From an uncultured Alphaproteobacteria bacterium (GTDB lineage: Bacteria > Pseudomonadota > Alphaproteobacteria > HIMB59 > GCA-002718135), in contig CACMKW010000001.1 in the NCBI GenBank assembly GCA_902614395.1, forward strand, positions 164,199 to 228,198: a stretch of 64,000 nucleotides of DNA, in the 5' to 3' direction. A program made the translations under genes and the position numbers. Every line of letters begins with the position of its first letter. Within the stretch, counting starts at the first letter, position 1. The notes under the pieces were generated by a model. That model was given only the letters and a program-made list of their open reading frames with translations, was not told the DNA's origin and did not search any database. Shown piece after piece: positions 53,250-63,098 of the stretch.

Positions 53250-54146
53250 ATGCCACTACCAAGTTACGCAACTCCAGTACAAAGAACTTACTACTACGCC
53301 TATTTATTTTTTTGTGCTGTAGTTTTCTTTTTTTTAATTGCACCTTTATTTGCTATTATTCCAATATCTTTTAGTGTTTCACCATTTATGGTTTTTACAG
53401 AAGGAATGCTTGCTTGGCCTCCAGATCCAGAAGCATGGTCTTTAAGATGGTATAAAAACATGATAGGTGATTGCAGTGCAGACGTTGTTTCTTCGACAGT
53501 ACCTTGCTCTAAGAAATGGATGATTGGTACGGTAAATAGTTTTTATATAGGAATTATCGCAACGATTATTGCTACAACTTTGGGAACATTAGCTGCATTA
53601 GGATTAAGTAGGCCACACATGCCATACAAAGGTTTGATAATGGCAATCTTAATTTCACCAATGATCGTTCCACTAATTATAACAGCTGCAGGAATGTTCT
53701 TCTTTTATGCAAGAATAAATCTTGTTTATACTTTCACAGGTGTAATTCTTGCACACGTCGCTCTTGCTACACCTTTTGTAGTAATAACTGTAACGGCAAC
53801 ATTAGTTGGTTTCGATATGAATATGGTAAAAGCAGCACAAAGCTTAGGTGCTAAACCAATGAGAACATTTTTTAAAGTCATTATGCCGTTGATTTTACCA
53901 GGTATTATATCAGGAGCTTTATTTGCTTTTATTACATCGTTTGATGAAGTTGTTATAGTTATGTTTATGGCAAGTATTGATCAGTTAACTATTCCAAAAC
54001 AAATGTGGGCCGGAATCAGACAAGAAATTAGCCCTGTTATTTTATGTATGGCAACTTGTTTAGTTCTACTCTCTATATTCCTATTAACTACAGTTGAGTT
54101 ACTTAGAAGAAGGTCTGAAAAACTCAGAGGTATTAAAGCTCGATAA
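53250..54146 (+). CDS. ABC transporter permease, PotC-like
   Basis: SLRWY, SPMIVP, AAQSLGA, FITSFDEV. Confidence 0.9.
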   Translation: MPLPSYATPVQRTYYYAYLFFCAVVFFFLIAPLFAIIPISFSVSPFMVFTEGMLAWPPDPEAWSLRWYKNMIGDCSADVVSSTVPCSKKWMIGTVNSFYIGIIATIIATTLGTLAALGLSRPHMPYKGLIMAILISPMIVPLIITAAGMFFFYARINLVYTFTGVILAHVALATPFVVITVTATLVGFDMNMVKAAQSLGAKPMRTFFKVIMPLILPGIISGALFAFITSFDEVVIVMFMASIDQLTIPKQMWAGIRQEISPVILCMATCLVLLSIFLLTTVELLRRRSEKLRGIKAR

Positions 54147-54150
54147 AATA

Positions 54151-55380
54151 GTGAAGAACATTGCTGTTATTGGCGCCGGCATTGTAGGAATATGTAGTGC
54201 ATATTTTTTAAAAAAATCTGGATTTAATGTAACTTTAATTGATAAAGAAAAACCAGGTACAATGACAAGTTTTGGCCATGCCTGTAGTTTTGCTGATTAT
54301 GCAAATGTCCCTGTGAATTATCCAGGATTAATTTGGGATATACCTTCAATGTTGCTTAGAAAAGATGGGCCATTAGCAATAGATTTATTTTATATTTTAA
54401 AGAATTTACCTTGGGCAATAAGTTTTTTAAAAAATTGTAACAAAGAAAAGGTTAATGAAATTGCAAGTTCGCTCACCAATTTATTAAAACATTCTCAAAT
54501 ATCTTATGATGAAATTTTTCAAGATGTAGATGTTAGTGAATATATAAGCCATGAAGAAAATCTTTATCTATTTGATTCTAAAAAATCATTTGAAGATAAT
54601 GAGTATGCAAATGTTATAAGGAAAAATAATAATGTTAAAGTAAGAAATTTAAATAAAAATGAAGTTAGAGAATTAGAACCAAATATTGCTGAAGTTTATT
54701 ATGCAGGTCAAATTTTTACAGGATCTAGACATACCACAAATCCATTAGCTATAAGTAATAAAATTTTTGATAAGTTTTTAGAGTTAGGTGGTATTTATAT
54801 CAATCAAAATGTAAAAAATATTATTCAGAAAGAAAAAAAAATAGAATTATGTTTAGAAGATAAAAATTTCTATTTTGATAAAATAATTGTTAGTACTGGA
54901 GCTTGGTCAAATCAAATTGCAAATAAATTTGGAGATAAGTTTCCGCTCGATACTGAAAGAGGTTATCACATTTTATTTGATACAAATGAAAAGCTTATTA
55001 ATCGTCCAGTAGCATGGTCAGAATCTGGATTTTATTTGATTCAAATTCATGATGGTATAAGAGCTGCTGGTACTGTTGAAATTGCTGGATTAAAAAAACC
55101 TCCAAATAAAAAACGTCTTGCAATGATTGAAAGACAATCAAGAAAGGTTTTACCTCAATTACGAGAAGTTAAATCAACATGGATGGGTAGAAGGCCAACT
55201 TTACCAGATTCATTACCTGTTATTGGAAAATCTCAAAACAACAATAATGTTATTTATGCATTTGGACATCAACATGTTGGTTGGACATTAGGAGCTGTAA
55301 CTGGAAAAATTATTGATAGTTTATCAAAAGATCAAGTGCCAAATATTAATATTAGCGCTTATGCACCAGATCGATTTTAG
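54151..55380 (+). CDS. FAD-dependent D-amino acid dehydrogenase (DadA-like)
   Basis: Start revised to GTG 54151. IAVIGAGIVG, TSFGHA, ERGYH, WMGRRPTLPDSLPVIG, FGHQHVGWT. Confidence 0.85.
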   Translation: MKNIAVIGAGIVGICSAYFLKKSGFNVTLIDKEKPGTMTSFGHACSFADYANVPVNYPGLIWDIPSMLLRKDGPLAIDLFYILKNLPWAISFLKNCNKEKVNEIASSLTNLLKHSQISYDEIFQDVDVSEYISHEENLYLFDSKKSFEDNEYANVIRKNNNVKVRNLNKNEVRELEPNIAEVYYAGQIFTGSRHTTNPLAISNKIFDKFLELGGIYINQNVKNIIQKEKKIELCLEDKNFYFDKIIVSTGAWSNQIANKFGDKFPLDTERGYHILFDTNEKLINRPVAWSESGFYLIQIHDGIRAAGTVEIAGLKKPPNKKRLAMIERQSRKVLPQLREVKSTWMGRRPTLPDSLPVIGKSQNNNNVIYAFGHQHVGWTLGAVTGKIIDSLSKDQVPNINISAYAPDRF

Positions 55381-56810
55381 ACTAAACTAATCCCAACGTT
55401 TTTGACTTGAAGGTATGATTTAAGTCCATCTACTCCTTTTTCGCGGCTATATCCTGATTGTTTATAACCTCCAAAGGGTGTTGCATGATTACCCGTGAAC
55501 CATTTATTTACATATACTTGACCAGCTTCTAGTTTACTTGCAGTCCAAGATGCTTTTTTAAGATCTTTTGTAAAAACACCAGCACCTAGTCCATACTCAG
55601 TATCATTAGCGATATCAATTGCTTCTTCTTGATCTTCATATTCAAGAACTGAGAGTACAGGACCAAAAATTTCTTCTCTTGCTACAGTCATACTTTGTTT
55701 TACATTGTTTAGAACTGTTGGTTCCATAAAATATCCCTCACGTTCTAATCTTTTTCCACCATATGCTGCTTCTGCGCCTTCTTGGATTCCTGATCTTGCA
55801 TAACCTTCAACTTTTTGAAGTTGATTTTCTGATATAACTGGAGTTAGGTCTGTATCTTTTTCTATACCAGGTCCAATTTTTAAAGATTTACTCATATCAA
55901 CAAGTTTATCTACTAATTCATCTTTGATTGATTTATGAACTACCAATCTAGACATCGCTGTACAAATTTGTCCTGCAACGCTAAATATTCCTGAACGTGC
56001 ACTTTCTAAAACTTCATTTAGATCTGCGTCAGGGTACACTATGCCAGCTGATTTACCACCTAATTCAACTACAGCAGGTATAGCTTTGTCAGCACAAGCA
56101 TGAAGAATCTTTTTTCCAGTTGCGACTGAGCCTGTAAATACTACATGATTTACATCTTCATGAGATACAAGATAAGATCCTGCTTCATTTCCATATCCAC
56201 AAATTATGTTTATCAATCCTTCAGGTACTCCAGCATTTTGTATTGCTTTAGCAAAAACTGTTGCTGACAAAGGAGTTAATTCTGCAGTTTTTATAATTGT
56301 TGAATTTCCTGTAGCAAAAGAACATGACAGTGATCTTCCAATCATTGATAATGGAAAATTCCATGGAACAACATGTGCTGATACACCAAATGGTTCTAAA
56401 ACTGTGTAATCAAAAACATTTTTTGCAACAGGTATTGTTTTACCCTCAAGTTTATCTGTTAAGCCTGCATAATAATCAAACATATCTGCTACATCATTGA
56501 ATTCTTTAATTGCTGAAGCTATATTTTTTCCATTTTCATAACAAAGAAGTTCACCACCTTCTTTTGAAACCTTTCTTGTCTCTTCTGCAATTTTTCTCAT
56601 TAGTTTCGCTCTTGAAAGTAAAGGCATATCAACAAGTACTCTGCTGTTATAAGAATTTTTAGCTGCTTCTACCGCAAGATCAACTTCATTTTTTTTTGCA
56701 CATGAAATTTCACCAATGATTTTACCATTGGAAGGATCATCAACCTTTATTGTTTCTTTGGACTCACTTTCAATCCATTTATTATTTATAAAATTCTTAT
56801 ATTTTTCCAT
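55377..56810 (-). CDS. Aldehyde dehydrogenase
   Basis: PWNFP, FTGS, ELGGKS, GQIC, EEIFGPV, PFGGYKQSG. Confidence 0.92.
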   Translation of the reverse strand: MEKYKNFINNKWIESESKETIKVDDPSNGKIIGEISCAKKNEVDLAVEAAKNSYNSRVLVDMPLLSRAKLMRKIAEETRKVSKEGGELLCYENGKNIASAIKEFNDVADMFDYYAGLTDKLEGKTIPVAKNVFDYTVLEPFGVSAHVVPWNFPLSMIGRSLSCSFATGNSTIIKTAELTPLSATVFAKAIQNAGVPEGLINIICGYGNEAGSYLVSHEDVNHVVFTGSVATGKKILHACADKAIPAVVELGGKSAGIVYPDADLNEVLESARSGIFSVAGQICTAMSRLVVHKSIKDELVDKLVDMSKSLKIGPGIEKDTDLTPVISENQLQKVEGYARSGIQEGAEAAYGGKRLEREGYFMEPTVLNNVKQSMTVAREEIFGPVLSVLEYEDQEEAIDIANDTEYGLGAGVFTKDLKKASWTASKLEAGQVYVNKWFTGNHATPFGGYKQSGYSREKGVDGLKSYLQVKNVGISLV

Positions 56811-56894
56811 TTTCTGCGTTTTTTAATCAATTATTTTTGTTTCATTCTTTATCATTTAGGATATGAAAATGATACAAATTTAATTTTAAGAAAC

Positions 56895-58253
56895 ATGAGT
56901 ATTACATTTAATCAGTTAAAAAAACTAATAACAAAAAAAGAAATAGATACAGTTTTAGTTTGTGTATCAGATATGCAAGGTAGACTAAATGGTAAAAGAG
57001 TTACTGGAAAAGCTTTTATTGATTATGTCTATAAAGAAACGCATATGTGTGATTATCTCTATACCGTCGATATGGATATGTTTACTGTACCCGGATATAA
57101 ATCTTCTTCATGGGAAACGGGTTATGGTGATATGACTGTAATTCCAGATCTCAGAACAATAAAGATCGCTAATTGGTTAAATAAAACAGCTATAGTAATA
57201 TGTGATTGTTTAGACCATTCAGGAAAAAAACCACTTATTCATTCAACAAGACAAATATTAAAAGATGTTTTAGTTAAGGCGGACAAAATGGGATTTCAAT
57301 CTATGGTTGGTTCAGAATTAGAATTTTTTCTTTTTAATCAAACTTATGAAGAAATTCATAATAATAATTATACAAAACTTAAAGAGTCTTCTTGGTATAT
57401 TGAAGATTATATGATTTTCCAAACCACTAAAGAAGAGGATGTGATGCAGGAATTAAGGAATTCTCTTCTAGATAGTGGAATTTATGTAGAATGTTCAAAA
57501 GGTGAAGCAGCTCCAGGACAAGAAGAAATTAATGTTGTTTTTTCCGATGCATTAAACATGGCTGATAATCATATTTTAATCAAAAATGCGACAAAAGAAA
57601 TTGCTTATAAACATAACAAGGCCGTAACCTTTATGGCTAAATACAACAAAGAAGTTTGTGGAAGTTCATGTCATATTCATAACTCTTTATTCGATAAGAC
57701 AACAAAGAAAAATATTTTTTATAATCCTAAGGATGAATATGGCATGTCTGATATTTTTAAAAGTTATCTTGCTGGACAAATTAAATTATTACCAGATATT
57801 TCAATTTTTTTAGCACCAAATATTAATTCTTATAAAAGATTTCAAGACGGATCATTTGCTCCTACAAAATCTGTTTGGGGAATTGATAATCGTACTGCTG
57901 GGTTTAGACTAGCTGGTCATGGATCATCCATAAGAATTGAATGTCGAGTCCCAGGAGCGGATGTTAATCCTTATCTTTCTTTTGCTGCTTTAGTTGGTGC
58001 TGGGTTATACGGTATTAAAAATAAACTTAAATTAGATAAACCTTATTCAGGGAATATTTATGAGAAAAAAGTGAATGAAGTTCCTAAAACACTTAAAGAA
58101 GCAATCCAACTTGCTAAAAAATCTAAATTTTTAAAAGAGATATTTCCACAAGATGTACTTGATCATTATATCCATGCCGCTGAATGGGAGCAAAAAGATT
58201 ATGATGGTTCAGTTAATGATTGGCAATTACGAAGATATTTCGAACGAGGCTAA
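56895..58253 (+). CDS. Glutamine synthetase-like gamma-glutamyl-amine ligase (GlnA4/PuuA-like)
   Basis: DMQGRLNGKR, GYGD, ELEFF, KGEAAPGQEE, GSSCHIH, NSYKR, DNRT, RIECRVPGAD. Confidence 0.85.
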   Translation: MSITFNQLKKLITKKEIDTVLVCVSDMQGRLNGKRVTGKAFIDYVYKETHMCDYLYTVDMDMFTVPGYKSSSWETGYGDMTVIPDLRTIKIANWLNKTAIVICDCLDHSGKKPLIHSTRQILKDVLVKADKMGFQSMVGSELEFFLFNQTYEEIHNNNYTKLKESSWYIEDYMIFQTTKEEDVMQELRNSLLDSGIYVECSKGEAAPGQEEINVVFSDALNMADNHILIKNATKEIAYKHNKAVTFMAKYNKEVCGSSCHIHNSLFDKTTKKNIFYNPKDEYGMSDIFKSYLAGQIKLLPDISIFLAPNINSYKRFQDGSFAPTKSVWGIDNRTAGFRLAGHGSSIRIECRVPGADVNPYLSFAALVGAGLYGIKNKLKLDKPYSGNIYEKKVNEVPKTLKEAIQLAKKSKFLKEIFPQDVLDHYIHAAEWEQKDYDGSVNDWQLRRYFERG

Positions 58254-58262
58254 TTTTACTAA

Positions 58263-59639
58263 ATGTTTGAGACTATTACTCCAATAGACAACTCCGTCTT
58301 AGTTAAAAGAGAATTTGCAACAGAAGAAGATATTGAAACAAGTCTCAGCAATTCCTATTCTGTAAGAGAGTATTGGAAAAATATATCTCTAGAAGAAAGA
58401 AAAAAGTCAGTTTTAAATTTTGTAGAAATATTTTTAAAAAATAAGGATGTTTCTAGAAATTTATGTAAGCAAATAGGCAGACCTATAGCACAGTGCCCAG
58501 GAGAAATGCGAGGTTTTGAAGAAAGAGCTCGTTATATGATTGAAAATGCTGATAGAGCACTATCAAGAGTTGTTTCAATTAAAAATCATGAATTTGATAA
58601 TTATATAAAAAAAGAACCACTAGGGACTATATTGGTAATTGCGCCATGGAATTACCCTTTCAACACTTCTGTTAATTCAATTGTACCAAGTTTACTTGCA
58701 GGTAATGCAGTTATATTAAAACATTCTTCTCAAACTCCACTCTGTGCTGAAGAATTATATGAGGCAGCTAAACAATCTTCATTACCAAAAAATATTTTTC
58801 AGTATTTACATTTAGATCATGATCAAACATCAAGAATAATTTCAGACTCAAGAATTAATCATGTTTTATTTACAGGCTCTGTAAGTGGAGGAAAACAAAT
58901 AAAAAAATCTATAGGCACCAGATTTATTGGAGCTGGTTTAGAGTTGGGAGGAAAAGATCCTGCTTATGTTAGAGCTGATTGTGACTTAGATCATGCTGTT
59001 GAAAATTTAGTTGATGGATCATACTTCAATTCTGGTCAATCTTGTTGTGGTATTGAAAGAATTTATGTTGATAAAAAAATATACAATACATTTCTAGAAA
59101 AATTTAAAGATGTAACTGAGAAATATGTTTTAGGAAATCCACTAGAGATGGAGACAAATTTAGGTCCAGTAGTTAAGCAATCTGTTGCAAATAATATTAG
59201 ATCTGAAGTTAGTAATGCAATTAGTCAAGGTGGAAAGAACATTATAGATAACAAAAAATTTAATTTAGATGATGGTAATAATTGTTATGTAAGCCCTAGT
59301 GCACTCATTAATGTCGATCATTCGATGAAATATATGATGGAAGAAATATTTGGCCCTTCAGTAGGAATTATGAAAGTAGAAAATGAAAATGAAGCTTTAT
59401 CTTTAATGAATGATAGTTCTTATGGATTAACAGCAAGTATTTGGACAAATGATAAGTCATTTGCAGAAAATTTTGGAAAAAATGTTGAGACAGGAACTTT
59501 TTTTATGAATAGATGTGATTACTTAGATCCTGGCTTAGCTTGGACTGGTGTAAAAGATACTGGAATTGGCGTTACTTTATCTGTTCTAGGATTTGATCAT
59601 TTAACAAGAGCAAAAAGTTATCATATAAGAAATATTTAA
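58263..59639 (+). CDS. Aldehyde dehydrogenase (gamma-glutamylation module)
   Basis: APWNYP, FTGSV, ELGGKDPAY, NSGQSCC, NRCDYLDP. Confidence 0.9.
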   Translation: MFETITPIDNSVLVKREFATEEDIETSLSNSYSVREYWKNISLEERKKSVLNFVEIFLKNKDVSRNLCKQIGRPIAQCPGEMRGFEERARYMIENADRALSRVVSIKNHEFDNYIKKEPLGTILVIAPWNYPFNTSVNSIVPSLLAGNAVILKHSSQTPLCAEELYEAAKQSSLPKNIFQYLHLDHDQTSRIISDSRINHVLFTGSVSGGKQIKKSIGTRFIGAGLELGGKDPAYVRADCDLDHAVENLVDGSYFNSGQSCCGIERIYVDKKIYNTFLEKFKDVTEKYVLGNPLEMETNLGPVVKQSVANNIRSEVSNAISQGGKNIIDNKKFNLDDGNNCYVSPSALINVDHSMKYMMEEIFGPSVGIMKVENENEALSLMNDSSYGLTASIWTNDKSFAENFGKNVETGTFFMNRCDYLDPGLAWTGVKDTGIGVTLSVLGFDHLTRAKSYHIRNI

Positions 59640-59643
59640 GGTT

Positions 59644-60792
59644 ATGGAAAATATAAATTGGAATTATCCAACTACAATCTGGTTTGGATTTGATAGAATA
59701 GTAGAAATACAAAAAGCCTGTGAAGAATTAAATATTCAAAAACCATTAATAGTAACTGATAATGGAATTTTAAAAACAAATATTATTAATAAGTTAAATG
59801 ATTGTTTGGATAAACACGCATCTGTTTTTAGTGATGTTAAATCAAATCCTACAGGTAAGAATGTTGAAGATGGTGTTAAAGTTTTTAATGAAAATAAACA
59901 TGACGGAGTCATAGCTGTTGGTGGAGGCTCGGGTATGGATACAGGAAAGGCAATTGCATTCATGGCCAAGCAAGAAAGACCAATCTGGGATTTTGAAGAC
60001 ATTGGTGACTGGTGGACTAGAGCTAATGCAGATTCAATTTTTCCCATAATTGCTCTACCTACTACAGCTGGAACAGGTTCTGAAACTGGAAGAGCATCAG
60101 TTTTTACTAATGAAAAAACACAAGAAAAAAAAATAATTTTCCATCCCAAATTGCTTCCATCAATTGTTATCCTTGATCCGAATTTGACAATTCCACTCCC
60201 TGCAAATCTAACAGCCTTTACAGGAATGGATGCACTAGCTCATTGCTTAGAAGCATATTTGTCGAATATTTTTCATCCTTATTCTCAAGGTATTGCATTA
60301 GAGGGCATTAGATTAGTAAAAAATAATCTTGTTCTTGCTTTTAATGATGGATCAAATCTAGAAGCTAGATCGCATATGCTAGCTTCTTCATCTATGGGCT
60401 CAATAGCTTTCCAAAAAGGTTTAGGTGCTATTCATTCTTTAAGTCATCCTGTTGGTGCAATTTACAATACACATCATGGATTAACTAATGCTGTATTTAT
60501 GCCATACGTTTTACAATATAATAAAAAAGGTATTGAAGAAAAAATTATTGATATCTCAAGATATATAAATTTGAAATCAGCAACATTTAATAACTTTATG
60601 GATTGGATTTTAGAGCTTAGATCTAATTTAAATATTCCTCACACTTTAAGTGAAATAATTGAAGATGATAAAAATTTAAAAAAAATGAGTTTAATGGCTT
60701 TTAATGATCCCTCCACAAGTACGAATCCTATACCAGTTAACGCAGAAGATTTTTTAAAAATGTATGTTAATGCATTTAAAGGTGATTTATAA
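59644..60792 (+). CDS. Iron-containing alcohol dehydrogenase
   Basis: GGGSGMD, PTTAGTGSE, DALAHCLE, HSLSH, HHG. Confidence 0.92.
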   Translation: MENINWNYPTTIWFGFDRIVEIQKACEELNIQKPLIVTDNGILKTNIINKLNDCLDKHASVFSDVKSNPTGKNVEDGVKVFNENKHDGVIAVGGGSGMDTGKAIAFMAKQERPIWDFEDIGDWWTRANADSIFPIIALPTTAGTGSETGRASVFTNEKTQEKKIIFHPKLLPSIVILDPNLTIPLPANLTAFTGMDALAHCLEAYLSNIFHPYSQGIALEGIRLVKNNLVLAFNDGSNLEARSHMLASSSMGSIAFQKGLGAIHSLSHPVGAIYNTHHGLTNAVFMPYVLQYNKKGIEEKIIDISRYINLKSATFNNFMDWILELRSNLNIPHTLSEIIEDDKNLKKMSLMAFNDPSTSTNPIPVNAEDFLKMYVNAFKGDL

Positions 60793-60794
60793 AT

Positions 60795-62312
60795 TTATAG
60801 TGTTGCTCCAATTATCCATGGATTGAATTCATCATCACCATAACCATTTAATTCACTTTTTGATTTTTCACCTGATGCAACTGAAATTATTTTATTAAAT
60901 ATTTCTTTGCCAACTTCATCAACACTTGAAACGTTATCCATAATAGTGCCGGCATTAATATCCATATCTTCACTAAGTTTATTATACATATTTGTATTAG
61001 AAGCTATTTTAATACTTGGAGTAGGTTTAAAACCAAAGCACGAACCTTGACCTGTTGTAAAACAAATAACATTGGCACCGGAAGCAACCTGACCTGTTAC
61101 AGATACAGGATCGAAACCTGGTGAATTCATAAAGTTAAAACCTTTAGTTTTAACCTGTTCAGCGTAATCCAGAACGTCAACCATATTTCTATTCCCAGCT
61201 TTTGATACAGCACCTAAAGATTTTTCCAAAATTGTTGTTAATCCTCCCTTTTTGTTTCCAGGACTGGGATTATTATCTAATGTACTATCATTTTTAGCAA
61301 CATACTCTTTCCACCACTTTATCTGATTGTTTAATTTTTCTATATTTTTTTCATTTGATGATTTTTCAAATAATAAATGTTCTGCCCCATATATTTCTGG
61401 AGTCTCTGATAGCAATGTTGTTCCTCCATGATCAATAATCATATCTGATGCTAGGCCTAATGCGGGATTTGCAGTTATCCCAGAATACGAATCTGAACCA
61501 CCACATTGTAAAGCAACTGTTAGTTCTGAAATTGGAATATTTGTTCTAGAAATATAATTAATTTTATTTAGCTGATTTATAATTTTAGAAGTTACTTTTG
61601 TTATAATTTCATTTGTTCCACCTTCATCTTGAATATTTAAATATTCAATATTTCTTTTTTCCTTATTGTTATTATACAAACTTATTTGTGTGCATTCACA
61701 TCCAAGTCCAATAACAAAAACTTTTCCAAAGTTAGGATGAATTTTAAAACCTTCAATTGTTCTATTTAATATATTCATAGCGTATCCAGAGGCATTCATC
61801 CCACAGCCAGATGAATGTTTTAAACAGACCGCCCCATCAATGTTGTCAAAATTATTATTCTTTAAATAATTATTTATTTTATCAGATATTTTTTTAACAA
61901 CTGTTGCAGAGCAATTAACTGTACTAATTAAACCTATATAATTTCTAGTACCGGATGAGCCATCATTTCTTTTGAAACCTTTAAAGTATTCTGTTTTTTC
62001 ATTTTTAATAATATCATTTTTAAAATTATCACGTGTATATTCTCTTTTGAAATCACTATATCCCATATTATGTGAATGCACATGTTCGCCAGGTTCTATA
62101 TTTTTATTAGATATTCCAATTATTTGTCCATACTTAAAAATAAAATCACCACTTTTAATTTTTTTTAATGAAATTTTATGACCATAGGGAATATTATCAA
62201 TTGATCTAATTCCATAATTTATATTAATATTCTGAGGAATATCCATTGGAGCAATTCCAATATTATCTTTTTCATTTAATTTGATTATGTTAAACATATT
62301 TTTGATAAACAT
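60795..62312 (-). CDS. UxaA/GarD family sugar-acid dehydratase (altronate/galactarate)
   Basis: SAF domain (PYGHK..KYGQ..VHSHN), TVNCS, QCGGSD, SETPE, PSPGNKKGG. Start may be 62297. Confidence 0.9.
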   Translation of the reverse strand: MFIKNMFNIIKLNEKDNIGIAPMDIPQNININYGIRSIDNIPYGHKISLKKIKSGDFIFKYGQIIGISNKNIEPGEHVHSHNMGYSDFKREYTRDNFKNDIIKNEKTEYFKGFKRNDGSSGTRNYIGLISTVNCSATVVKKISDKINNYLKNNNFDNIDGAVCLKHSSGCGMNASGYAMNILNRTIEGFKIHPNFGKVFVIGLGCECTQISLYNNNKEKRNIEYLNIQDEGGTNEIITKVTSKIINQLNKINYISRTNIPISELTVALQCGGSDSYSGITANPALGLASDMIIDHGGTTLLSETPEIYGAEHLLFEKSSNEKNIEKLNNQIKWWKEYVAKNDSTLDNNPSPGNKKGGLTTILEKSLGAVSKAGNRNMVDVLDYAEQVKTKGFNFMNSPGFDPVSVTGQVASGANVICFTTGQGSCFGFKPTPSIKIASNTNMYNKLSEDMDINAGTIMDNVSSVDEVGKEIFNKIISVASGEKSKSELNGYGDDEFNPWIIGATL

Positions 62313-62327
62313 ATAGCATAAATAATC

Positions 62328-63098
62328 ATGAACGAAATTGCAACTTATCCATCACTTAAAGATAGAGTAGTTCTTATTACAGGAGGTGCCTCAGGAATTG
62401 GGGAAAGTATCGTCGAACAATTTGTTTCTCAAAAATCAAAAGTTGCATTTTTAGATATAAATGATGAATTAGGTAATGAGTTAGCAAAAAAAATAAAAAA
62501 CAAATATGATGTTGATAGTCTATTTGTAAAATGTAATTTAAAAAATATAGAACAACTTAAAAGTTCATTAGAAAAAGTAAAAAAAGAAATTGGTCCAATT
62601 TCAATTCTAGTAAATAATGCAGCAAATGATGAGAGACATGATTTAGATAGTGTTACCCCTGAATATTGGGATGATAGAATGAATATTAATTTAAGACATT
62701 ATTTTTTTGCAACTCAAGCAGTCTATAAAGATATGAAAGATTTAGGTAAAGGTTCCATTGTAAATATAGGAAGTTTTTCATGGATGATTTCTCAAGGCGG
62801 TATGCCTGGATATACCACTGCAAAATCTGCTATCATGGGTTTAACAAGAACTTTAGCAAGAGATTTAGGTGTTTATAATATAAGAGTAAATTGTATTGTT
62901 CCTGGCTGGATAATTACGGAGAGGCAAAAAAAATTATGGCTTACTCCAGAAATTGAAAAAACCCAACTTGAGAGACAATGTATTAAGAGAATGCTTATAC
63001 CTGAAGATATATCAAAGCCAGTTTTATTTTTTGCATCTGATCAAAGTTCTGGTTGTACCGCACAAAATTATGTAATTGATGGCGGCATAGTTAATTAA
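62328..63098 (+). CDS. SDR oxidoreductase, D-xylose/aldose dehydrogenase-like (XylB type)
   Basis: YPSLKDRVVLITGGASGIG, NNAANDERH, YTTAK, PGWIITERQ. Confidence 0.8.
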   Translation: MNEIATYPSLKDRVVLITGGASGIGESIVEQFVSQKSKVAFLDINDELGNELAKKIKNKYDVDSLFVKCNLKNIEQLKSSLEKVKKEIGPISILVNNAANDERHDLDSVTPEYWDDRMNINLRHYFFATQAVYKDMKDLGKGSIVNIGSFSWMISQGGMPGYTTAKSAIMGLTRTLARDLGVYNIRVNCIVPGWIITERQKKLWLTPEIEKTQLERQCIKRMLIPEDISKPVLFFASDQSSGCTAQNYVIDGGIVN

